DNA of 64,000 bases from Lytechinus pictus (Eukaryota), in the NCBI RefSeq assembly GCF_037042905.1, contig NC_087245.1:6388001-6452000 (forward strand), given 5' to 3'. The translations under genes and the position numbers were made by a program. The notes beneath the pieces are model-generated. The model saw nothing but the letters and a program-made list of their open reading frames with translations, was not told the DNA's origin and made no database searches. Below are positions 52,301-63,412 of the stretch, in pieces. The first letter of the stretch is position 1. The number at the start of each line of letters is the position of its first letter.

Positions 52301-55300
52301 TCAATAGGAAACTGTGCAGAAATCTTACGTCTATTTTGTGCATCGTATCCTATACGTGACGATTGCGCCATGGTGGTGCAATACCGGGTAAATGGTAATT
52401 CCCTGGGATGACGTCACGGTGCTTATGTAGCCGGTGACGTCATGCGAGGCGCTTGACATATCCGCTGTAGGCGGAGAATGATCACTTTTTAAATAAGAAA
52501 CTGATGTCTTTTTGTGCATCGTATCGTGTGCCCGTGCAACGTCGCTGCATCGTGTGATCGACCGAAATTTATCCATACGCGGCGATGACGCAACGGTGGT
52601 GCAATACCGATGGTGCAATGAGGGTAATTCCCTGACATCACGGTGGTTGCGTAACCGTGTCGTAATACCATTTCACAGTGACATGGCTGACCGGAAGTCT
52701 GGGTCAACCCATTGGGTCATGTGGTCAAAGGCTGAACGGGGTAAGGGTCATGCGGTCAAAGGCTGACCGTGCCAAAGGTCATTTGGTCAAAGGCTGACCA
52801 GGCTAAAGGTCAAAGGCTGACCGGACTAAAGGTCATGTGGTCAAAGGGCATGGGCCAAAGGTCAAAGGCTGACAGGCTAAAGGTCAAAGGCTGACCTGGC
52901 TAAAGGTCATGTGGTCAAAGGGCCAAAGGTCAAAGGCTGACCGAGCTAAAGGTCATGCGGTCAAAGGGCATGCGGTCAAAGGTCATGGGTAAAAGGTCAA
53001 GTTGGTATGAGGTCTCACCTATAACTACTAAGGTATACATGTAGGGGGCTGCGAGTCCCTGGGCGGAGAGACCGGTGTCACGACCACAGTCATACAAACT
53101 CATATGCGGCGCACAATTGCCCTCATTTGTTGGCGATTGTATTGCAGGAAAGAAAATTGAAATGTAATTCTTTCAGTAAGTCCACCTTTGAATTTCAGTT
53201 GCTTTTAGGAAACATTTCGGCAGATTCTAACCAGAGATTACTTTGGTTGATTTTATTTTCATATTCACCAAAAGATAATAACAGATAACAAATAATAATA
53301 ATAATAAATAAATTAATAAATTAATTAATATAGATACATAAATAAAATGCATACATACTTAAATAAAAAGATTTTAATAAATATCATCCATTATTATAAC
53401 TGAAATTATTTGTCCAACAGACGATAGCTGAAGAATATTTGGAGAATTTCGCTGAAACATTTGTAACAACTATTATTAAGGTACGTACAATAATATATTT
53501 TGCAATATCTATTCATGTCCTAATTTAAGATCGGCAAAATAAAGTCCAGACATAATTTCAAAGCCTTGTACACACCAAACTTTATTATGTTGCGTTCGTC
53601 AATATTTTTCAGGAGGTGATTGTCCTCAGTTCATTATATTGAAATAATGACAATATAGGCCTACTCTCCTTTAACTCATATAGATGTAGAGATATTATCT
53701 CAGTTAAAATCCTAAAGGTGCCTCATCAAGTGCGACCACGTCATTGGCTAAATAATATTTTCTCTGATTCCTATTTCATTATAAGTGCCCAGAATACTAA
53801 ATACCTTCAATTACTTGTTCTTATTTATATCTGAAAGGGGCGCTTTCCCTTTCAAAGTGACACTACTTTCCCATTTTCTGAGTGTTTTTTTTTTTTTTAA
53901 TCTATGATGAGAGCTTTTTCATGCGCGTAGAATTGATATCAATAGCACAAGTCAAATCATTGATGGGACTACAATATTATGTCATTGTCACATTTTATTG
54001 CTGTCGTTCGTAATACGGGTCCCTTTCTTTTTCTGTAATTCATTCGTCTCGGGATCACAAGCAACCATTTACTCTATTACTTATGCAGAACACCAACAAG
54101 GAAACAGACGGCGCCAATTTAGAAAAACTGAAACAAAGGTCAACCGTTGAAGGACCTTTTAAAGTAAGCATCTATTCACACTCTAAAAAATATTGGGTAA
54201 AAGTGCTCCATGAGGGTAATTATGTGTCCAACCAACATTGGGCATTTCTTTTGGGCATTTTTATTTATCCAGTGTGATGAAAGATGTGCCCATTCTTAAG
54301 TAATTGCTGCTTATTTGTTTAACCTTACTAATATGCTTCCCGCATTGGGTAAAATACTACCCAAAAGTGGTTGGACACATAATTACTCTCTTGGTGGTAA
54401 AAAAATTCACCCAATTTTTTTACAGTGCAGTACCAAGTGATTCAGAATAAGATTACACCTCAAAATTGCCAATTTAATGAAAAAAAATGGCCGGAACACA
54501 AAACATTGATACATGTTCTAAATTGATACAACTAATTTCATGTGGTGTGTTTACGTTTAGATGATGTATTCTTTGTTGTGATAACTTAAACATGATCTCA
54601 TGGTCGCATGTACATGTATTTTGTGACGAGTGATGCATATAGGACATGCTTTGTACTATGATGTTAATTAATCTTATGTACTGTTGTGAAAGAAGAAATA
54701 AACAAACCATGAACAATATGACGTACAATTCAATTTGCACTAAAGGAAGACAGGAATGCAGTGAACGTCGTCATTATCCTTCATGATTGCAAAATCAATT
54801 TTCAGTTAAGGTGTTTATTGAACAATAATGTTAACCTTTAAAAAACAAATATCTTGCAAAAAATCTTGTAGGATTATGACATTTTGATCCATTCATTGCA
54901 ATCATGTCATTCTTTGGTGCATTTCAAATTTTAAATCACACAAAAGAATATCTCCTAATCATCCATACTTAAAGTATACCACATGGAATGATGATACGTT
55001 TTTTAGAAGGCACTATTTTAGGACATGAGGGTATTTTTTTTTAATCATTCTTAAATTGTACACATTTTCCGACTCACTGGGTGAATTCTTTTAAAGGGTG
55101 TATCAGAATGAAAGGTAATCCAAATCTACGGGGCGAATATTCAACGATTATTAAATATTCGGTTCAATTCAATTCAATTTATTTCCAAATTCATCAAAAA
55201 TAACACAATGAGAACGAAATTAAATTATAGATAAAGAAATACAGAAAAACAGAACATAACCAAACAAAAAGTGGTAATAGTAAAATAACAGTTGGCACAC

Positions 55301-58300
55301 ATGTATGACAAAATAGATGAAAAAAAAATAATGAAATGGGGCATGCACTGAAAAGTTTTAAAACGGCTTGTTGAAACGGGCATATACCAAAAATTTATTG
55401 GTCTTTGAACAAATGCATATAATCAGTATATTGTATGGCTGTGGCAAGTACCAAAGAATAAAATAATAGAAATAAGAATCGTCATTCTCCCATAAAGAAA
55501 TCACACAATTTGTAATTCATATTCTCTCGAATAAATCGCATACAATCGTCATTCCGACGCTTCGTTATTGCGAAGGTTCGTAATTTCGAAGGTTCTTTAG
55601 TCCGAAAACGAAATAAGGTTCGTTAGTCAGGAAACGAATTAAGGTTCGTTATTCCGAAGGATCGTTAATCCGAAAACGAAATAAGGTTCGTAATTCCGAT
55701 GGTTCGTTAGTCCGAAATCGAAATGAGGTTCGTAATTCCGAAGGTTCGTCAGTCCGAAAACGAAAATAATGAGGTTCGCAATTCCGAAGGTTCGTTCGTC
55801 CGAAAACGAAATGAGGGTCGTAATTCCGAAGGTTCGTTAGTCCGAACACGAAATGAGGTTCGTTAATCTGAAGGTTCGTTAATCCGAAAATGAAATAAGA
55901 TTCGTTTGAAGTACTTATTCTATTCAATCATTCCATGAAGTTCTCAAAATATTCCTTTTTAGGTCTGATCGTCAAAACTTATCAGCTGGCGCTGCGTGCT
56001 CGCATTTTCATTAGTATGTATAAACCTACTTCTCTATGAATTTTGACAAACTACTTAAAATCCCTCTTTATGACAATTTATCAAAAGTTTCAGCTCGCAC
56101 TTTGCGCTCCTAGTAATTAGTTCCATACGCGTCTTGTTCATAATCACAAACATTGCTAAGAATGTTCAACTTTCAGGACAAAATTTTCTGAACATTCTAT
56201 AAAATTAAGCTCGCTTCTCGCATTCGCATTATTCAATCAGGGATTAAATTACAATTACAGATACAATTATTTTGTTTATAAAAATAAAACTAAGAAGTCA
56301 CTGTTCGGACGACCCCTTCAAAGAAAAAAAAAAAGCTTTGATCAGCTTTCCTTTTCGGATTAACGAACCTCATTTCGTTTTCGGACTAACGAACCTTCGG
56401 AATTACGAACCTCATTTCGTTTTCGGATTAACGATCCTTCGGAATAACGAACCTTATTTCGTTTTCGGACTGACGAACCTTCGGAATAACGCCACAAATG
56501 TTCGGATTAACGTACCCTTTTTCGTTTTCGGATTAACGAGCATCGAGTTATAGGCAATTTAGGTGTTTCGGAATTACGAACCTTCGGAATAACGAACCTT
56601 CGGAATAACGAATCTTCGGAATTACGAAGTGTAACCCGAATAAATAGACCGACTCCACCATCGCGGCCTTTTAAAGGGGAAGTTCACCCTGACAAAAAGT
56701 TTATTGTAAAAATAGCAGAAAAAATAATAAAAAATATTGCCGAAGGTTTGAGAAAAATTCATCAAATAATTAAAAAGTTATTAGAATTTCAATTATTTGA
56801 TTTGTGACGTCATATGCGAGCAGCATTCCTACATAGCGAATGGTAAAAAATCAATGAAATGTCATTTTCTCAGAAAATTGGAAATGGTTTTTACTGTATC
56901 TTTTGTATATCAATAGACAAATCATTTCACACCCGATCATGAATAGAAAACAAAATTAAGTCATCAGGAACCATATAAAATTTGAAATCCATGCATTTTA
57001 TATTACATAACACATGGGGCAGCTGCTCGTTTATGACGTCACAAATCCAAAACTTTGAACTCTAATAACTATCTTATTCTTTAACGGATTTTCCTCAAAC
57101 CTTCACCAATATTTTTTACTATTTTTTCTGCTATTTTTACAACAAAGTTTTTTTCAGGGTGAACTTCCCCTTTAATAGGTCAAAATGCACTTACAACCAT
57201 CAAATAAGAAGGAGGCATGAGAGTTTGTTTAGATTCACGTTTCCGATATCCCAATCACTAAACAGCTAAATCTGATATTTGAAAGAAAAATGTGTAGGTA
57301 CAAAATTTTGAAATAACTTCTTGCACGGAAAGGATCATGCTAAAGTTTCAGAGGTCAAGTAGTACTTTGCATTGGTGAAGCTGTATATAATGTAAATCCT
57401 TACCATTTCTTACGAATCGTCCGTCTTCCTGTATTGACGGATTCTCTTGTGAAAAAGAATATTTAAAATTCCGAATAATTAATTTTTACAAATAGGAGAA
57501 GGTTTCGATTAAATTTACTGAGCAAACGGATGAGTTGTTGACGGTTTCATTTTCATTCAAATAATTATTACATCATTCGATATCGTTTTTACGACGTGCA
57601 TGACAAGACAAAAAATTCTAGCAAACACAATAAGAATATGCCTACGTAAATAGAAATGACAAAAGGTAAAATATACTTTAAATCACTACCTTTTATTGAT
57701 ACTTAAAGAGCAGTGTTAAATCAATCTAAAATGGAATGCAATAACATTGATTTGTTATTCAAGTTACAGCATCTCCAAGTCTTGTTTACAATGGATTGTT
57801 CTATGCATTGATCTTCCGTTCATGGTAGAACTAGGATTCGTCAATCAGATGCGATCTATCGAGATCGATCAGTCAAGGTTAGAGGCTCAGCAGCTATTTG
57901 ACATAAAACTTCATCTCTATTTTTCGATCCATTATCCTTCGCACAATTACGGCGAGAATATTGATCGGCCTCATTCATTGCAGCATACAATTTTTTTGTA
58001 GTGTTCACTGGCGACCTCTTAATCTCACTATCTTTGGCACAAAGCGACGACTCAAGCTCCACTGATTTCCCATCAATGTTTTCTACTTTCAAATCTGCAC
58101 TAAATTTCTCAAGTTCGTCTAAGCGATGAATGAACCTCAATAAATGATTATCGATTGCCTCTCAAACAGTCTTTTCGATTCAGATTTGAGGAAATCTTTG
58201 ACAGTCCTATGGCTGCAGCCTCTGCGGCAGGTCTTGCCTATTAAGATGATTAATTATAGCCGACATGTTGGTTCAAAGGTTGATGAAATACATTAATTTG

Positions 58301-61300
58301 GAGAAAATGGAACCAAAAGAGTCATTTTATCCGCTGCATTATTATTCTAGCGTATAGAATCGATCCTGAAAGATTTTCCCCGATAAAAGTACAAATAATC
58401 GTATAGAACTGGTACACTCCCAGAATAAGAATGATGTTGCTTGATGAACACAAGATGAACCGTAGATGCAAAGAGCTAATTCTCAGTCAATTAACAAGTA
58501 TAATCTGTTACCTGGTTTCACATGCAATGATTGGAGACATCGCATTGTAACATCAAACGACAGTTTCTCAATGTAACACACATGGGGCTATCCAATATAC
58601 AAAAAATGGCGTCATCTTTCACGACCATATACATTTTGCTTAACAATATCCATGTATCGCCATACTATTCAGCTTAAAACAATCCACAAAATGGGTTCAA
58701 GTAAGCTTCAACGTATTAATATATTACCTTTTAAATTTACCAAAATATGAAAGGCAACTACTCATCTTTATGATTACGCATACAAAAATTCAAACAAGAA
58801 ACTGTACATTGTCGTAAAAATACGTAAAAGGAAAAAAAATTAATTGAATTGAATTGAATTTATTCAAACCAGTCAAAGGAGAACAACGTACAAACAAAAT
58901 AAATGGTTACATTATAAAGAACTGAAACAAATGACAGGTTTGGGCCCCTAAAGAAGCACAGCTTGTAATCAGGGGCCCCTGCATATGATATTTTACTCAA
59001 ACATGGAATAACTATGAGAAGAAAAAAACCCAAGGTATTTAAAGATCACAACAGGAACATTACCCACACGCAAGCATACACACACTTACCCAGACAAACA
59101 CACACATTCACACTCCAAACATGTCACCCCCAGGTGCAACTAACAACTGGTCTTAAATTTATCAAGTAGGTATTCATGACATAATTTCTTAAACCGAGAC
59201 AGGGTATACTGCTACTTCTTATATCAGCAGGACACATATTCCATTCTTTAACGCAAATTGTTCTGAAGGATTTCAATGTAGCATTAATTCTAGCAAAGGG
59301 TTGGTGAATAAGATGTCTCTGACGTGTGTTATAATTAAAAAATGCTTTGTATAATTCCAGGAGTTTTGAAAATATGTAATTTACTCAGTGCTCGAAAGAA
59401 TTTTTTTTAAACCAACAAAATTTGCTTAAAAATTCCTAGTTCTCGAAGTAAAAATCAATCATCACATGTGTACATTACTTTTTTTTTTTCACACATGCAT
59501 AATTTCTAACAGTGTTTTATGTATTGGATAGCATGGTGTGTAATCAACGTGTACAATGATTAAAGTAGAGGAAACAGAGTCATGGAAGAAATATGAGCTT
59601 CTACTTCACAGTTAGCCAGTATTGTGATTGCAGAGTAATGTTAGTCGGAGTCTTGGAGACAAATACTCAAGAAATGCATAAAGTAATTTCAAGGCAAATT
59701 GAAGAATGAAATGTCCATGAAAAAAAAAAGTTTAACCCACCAGCCCTTTTATCTACTCAATTTAACTGCATATCTCTTTCGTGATTTTCAACGTTACAGA
59801 TTGAGCGCGAGTCCGGCTCCATTACAGAAAAGAATATAAATCTGTTTTCTCCCGTTGACTACACATCATTATGCGTGCCCAAGGACTACTGTATCTTCGG
59901 TAACTATGGCAACCGGTTAGACGAAACCACGAAGGAGGATCGAGAGGCTGTGCTTTTAAAACGAGGGGTGTGGCCAAGCGACGAAGCGATCGAATATCAA
60001 TTCTCATTCGTCGAAATGATGAAAGCCTTTGAGATCAAGAGAGAAACAGAAGCAGATTGTAACTTTACACCATTGTCTACATCGAGAAAATGCGATGTTT
60101 ACAATGATGATGAAAGCGACAGTGAATTCCTTGATCAAAATGACGACGAGATTTTGACGATCAATTTTGAGGTCGGACCATCCACGATCAACCGCTATCC
60201 TGACAAATCATCTCATTACCCGTCAAACGACACTGTGGTAAGTACTTCCTTGTAATTTCTTGTCGGTCAATGCACTTTATCTGTTCTTTAGTTTTCTGCA
60301 TTAACGTTAACCTTTCATTTAAATCAGATTTTATTTTCTAAGACGGTCTTAGAAAATAAATTTGATTTAAATGAAAGGGACAGAGGTAGGTGTTTCCACA
60401 GATCAATAAAAGATACACGCGAGATGGGAGACTAGTTTCCAAAACATATTACAAAAACACTTAAGTGTTGGTATTTTTATAAATGAAAAAAAGCAAACGC
60501 ATCAAATAATGAAACATGCAGACTTTCTTATCTTTAAACCCAAGATTGTATTTGATTAACGTCTTTACAGTGCTTGTTTGTTCTTTCGATATGATTGATA
60601 GGGGGAAGTGGGGTAATGACAAACACCTTTCTGATCAGAGCGATAGCAAGAATCAAAGTGAGCCTTATTCCAAAACTAGTACATAATTTGATAAAAACAC
60701 ACCATATATTGACTGTAACAACGTCTTTATTCAACATCAAGCATTCCTTTAGAATTTATAGTACAAAACGCAGATTTTCGGGATTACCCCGCACTTCCGG
60801 GCCACAGGGTAATCGCGAACGCCATTCGTGGAAACATAAACAAGTAAAGATATGTAATTTGGATTCTTTTCGATTATTCTTTAATCGGAAGAGACAAGTC
60901 AACAGATCACTGAATGGGAAGTCAGACAACATTCTGTGTTACGGCTATTATGTCGTGACAGCAGGAACCTCACCTCTCCTAGGAGATATTGAGATGTTCG
61001 GGATTACCCCGCGTTCGGGATTACCCCACTCTTCATTCTTCAATGAAGGAAACGTAAAAAAGCGAAAATCTGTCATACGCATTTTTCCCGATTATTCTTT
61101 AATCGGAAGAGACCAGTCAACAGATCCATGCATAGGATGCCAGACAACATTCTGTGTTACGGCTATTATGCCGTGACAGCAGAACCTCACCTCTCCTATA
61201 GATATTAAGGTGTTCGGGATTACCCCGCGTTCGTGATTACCCCACTCTCCCCTATAGGGAAATGACATTAAAAGAGCATCTTGGAAAATTATAATTCCCA

Positions 61301-63412
61301 CCACTATAGGTTGAACTGTAATTGTTTACCTTTTGAATTTTATTTCAACTTTTGTGAGATTTTGAAGGAAACAAACTTGAAAACCTGGAATTCGTTTCCT
61401 GTTATAAATGATCTCTTGTTCCTATATAGTCGAGTCTGTATAAAAAGATGATTTTGTATCAGAAACTTTGTTTATCTCATTCCATAGGGTGATGTTTTGG
61501 GCAATCTGGAAGAGGACGACAAAAAACATTCAACAAAACCCATACCATCGCCACCACACACTGAAAAATGGGATCGGATACCTCGATCTAATTCTGCGTA
61601 TGAACTATTATCAGCTCCTCATCGACGGGAATGTGCCTCTCCTCCTCCTCCTCCCGGCCATCCCACCTCCCAGAATGGGCATATGAAAGCCTTTCATCCC
61701 ACCATTGCTGGCCCAACAGTACGTCCCCATATGATGATGAGGCAAACTACAAGGGATGGTAGGGATCGAATGAGATATGGGTCCAGACCAGGCTGTCCTC
61801 ATCAGTGGCAGTATAGGAGATACAATGAGGTAAATTATTTTATGACTCTTAAAACAATCGCACAATGTGATCAAGTATGCATATAAGGAAATATGTAGTA
61901 TACTTACACCATGGAGCTATTAATAGCCCCATGCTTTCACCATGAAAAGACATGCAAATAGACGGCTGTGTAAGTATAGAACGATTAATATAAAGAAACC
62001 TTGAAATGTTTTAATGTGAGGAGTATGTCATAGGCCTACTAGGAGTCTTCACTGGATAATGAAGAGTGAATTAATGTCTGCAGAGGTCTGTTTCTCAAAT
62101 TAGGATGAGTTGTTATGCGACCAGTGGCAGTCATATAGGCATGGAGAAGTTCAAGTTGTCCAATCACTTTTCAGGACATTTTCGGCATGACATCAATCCT
62201 CTAATCTTTAATGATACCCGATTCTTTACAGAGTACAGCCCAACCTAACTACCGAGTACCTTCTCACCACTGTAAACCTAGTTATAGAAGTGGACAGCGG
62301 TTTGTAGGTGGATACGATCGAAGAAATGTAAGTGTAACCAAAGCAAAATCAGTTAATGTCTAGTCACTGATGGTAATTCTGATAGTGAATATGAAAGGAA
62401 AGTAATAATCGTAATTAATACACTAATGAAAATTTTTGATCAGGGCTGTTTCCATGGAAAATGGGAGAGAAAAAAATGCCATTTGACCCCTCCTCCCCCC
62501 CCCCACACCAACTCGTAACGTATGGAAAAAGAACCTCTGAATAATATGAAATCACAGTAAATCTATGACTTAGAGGGGATTCACACGCTCGCATTTTGCG
62601 TCATTGAGTGACGCGGCACTCGAATGATCATTCGAATGACGCAGTTACAGCATTTGAATGCAAATTAGCGTAATTCAAATGCGCAATTCAAATGATGGTG
62701 GTTTAGAGGTGTTTCCCAGTGACGATATTCCAGAGTGACGGAGCGAAACAGCCGTGTGAATGTTTTGACCGCCAAAACGTAATTCTGGGGGCGGAGTTTA
62801 TGGTGACCTTTCAATCACTTCCGCAGAAAAACCCGCTATTTTCTGCTCTGTGTTTGCAAATTTTAGCGATGCACGAGTGATTGACGGGGTACCAAAAAGA
62901 AGCCACACCTCTTCTTATCGGTGCGAAACGTAAAGCCGCATCCCGAATCCTCCTGAGTCGTGTGAACGGAAGATGATTCTTACAATTTGGCATTGCAATT
63001 AAGCATTCAAATGACGCAAAATGCGAGCGTGTGAAACCCCTCATAATGACAGTTGTAATGTTAATAATATCTTGTCCAATTTCAGAGTTACCATCAAAAC
63101 CATGAACAATATTACAACCAAGAGTCTCCGCCGATTGAAAGGAACCATCACCACCATCAGGTACGACCGAGTCCTTCTCGGATTCCTTACAATCCTAGCC
63201 GCCGATCAGCGCACTACGATCCAACTCCTTCTTCAATATACAGACAAAGGGATAGGTGGGATACATCCATCTGTCAACATGGTCAACTGCACATATTCCG
63301 ACAAGAATGGGACAGGTCTATGCATCATCATGATCACTTTCAACCATCGTATGAACCCAATTTCCACCGTCACCACAATTTTCGCGATAGTATGAACAGA
63401 CGACAGAGATAA
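43360..63412 (+). CDS. Uncharacterised ~529-aa protein, candidate lipid-anchored A-kinase anchoring protein; 10 exons
   Basis: Exons 43360-43423, 44427-44490, 45715-45778, 46452-46511, 53421-53480, 54089-54163, 59800-60237, 61488-61829, 62232-62327, 63086-63412 (TAA). All GT-AG with matching phases (1,2,0,0,0,0,0,0,0) and no internal stop. Begins MGLCLFIKPFRSLKGKLQIKG. Function is inferred; extra small exons cannot be excluded. Confidence 0.75.
46813..47545. mobile_element. piggyBac-like MITE
   Basis: TTAA (46809-46812) CCCT...AGGG TTAA (47546-47549); inverted subterminal AATTTGA(C)n / (G)nTCAAATT. Confidence 0.7.
48984..49628 (-). pseudogene. C2H2 zinc-finger / acidic / helical ORF, left-arm copy (finger intact, C-terminus frameshifted)
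   Basis: MNTLDMSNRYACSRCDKTFSRKYDMQRHEQNEH (CxxC-x12-HxxxxH). +1 nt relative to the right copy near 49260 and a 7-bp deletion near 49163 give a premature TGA at 49164. Confidence 0.8.
49712..50615. repeat. Inverted pair of 10-bp minisatellite arrays (TTACGGATT[C/T])n and (GAATCCGTAA)n at the palindrome centre
   Basis: Left array ~49712-50151, right array 50233-~50615, separated by an 81-bp unique spacer. Confidence 0.9.
50694..51342 (+). pseudogene. C2H2 zinc-finger / acidic / helical ORF, right-arm copy (finger frameshifted, C-terminal 192 aa open)
   Basis: ATG at 50694; 2-bp deletion at ~50740 (tgcgaaaacc vs tgcgataaaacc) gives TAG; ORF 50764-51342 stays open to ...EDGVYN*. Confidence 0.8.
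54179..54427. mobile_element. CMC/EnSpm-like MITE
   Basis: CA-CACTCTAAAAAATATTGGGT...ACCCAATTTTTTTACAGTG-CA (2-bp TSD), 15 nt after the exon-6 donor. Confidence 0.65.
55555..56638. mobile_element. Foldback-like element with inverted terminal minisatellite arrays
   Basis: (GGTTCGTAATTCCGAA / GGTTCGTTAGTCCGAAAACGAAAT)n at ~55560-55905 and its reverse complement at ~56350-56638. Confidence 0.6.
56675..57171. mobile_element. Kolobok-like palindromic MITE
   Basis: TTAA-AGGGGAAGTTCACCCTGA...TCAGGGTGAACTTCCCCT-TTAA with long inverted arms. Confidence 0.8.
57800..58250 (-). mobile_element. LINE ORF1 remnant
   Basis: ORF 57856-58140(-): coiled-coil followed by EADQYSRRNC, matching the EQYSRRN motif of CR1/L2-group ORF1. 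Confidence 0.55.
58843..59345 (-). mobile_element. LINE (CR1/L2-group) 3' end
   Basis: Minus strand reads YNTRQRHLIHQPFARINATLKSFRTICVKEWNMCPADIRSS; (TTCAA)n tail at 58843-58860. Confidence 0.65.
60850..61250. repeat. ~220-bp direct duplication
   Basis: CGATTATTCTTTAATCGGAAGAGAC...TTCGGGATTACCCCGCGTTCG at ~60871-61030 and ~61089-61247. Confidence 0.75.
62573..63042. mobile_element. MITE (Harbinger-like ends)
   Basis: GAGGGGATTCACACGCTCGCATTTTGCGTCATT / AATGACGCAAAATGCGAGCGTGTGAAACCCCTC; TSD not clean. Confidence 0.65.

Larger units (their letters stand above)
47558..53029. mobile_element. Palindromic non-autonomous Polinton/Maverick-like element (5,472 bp)
   Basis: Ends AGTAGTTATAGGTGAGACCTCATACCAACTTGACCTTT (38-bp perfect TIR); 6-bp TSD AAGGTA at 47552-47557 and 53030-53035. 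Arms 47558-50151 and 50233-53029 are reverse complements. No integrase, polB or capsid ORF. Confidence 0.85.

Noticed and set aside
47558..53029. Assembly fold-back (chimeric read) artefact as the cause of the palindrome
   Set aside because: The arms differ by many substitutions, indels and repeat copy numbers; a unique spacer exists; a 6-bp TSD flanks the element; the host gene continues in phase on both sides. A long-read check is still advisable.
60595..61176. 193-aa ORF
   Set aside because: Lies in an intron of gene 2 across a local duplication, with no recognisable domain or fitting splice sites.
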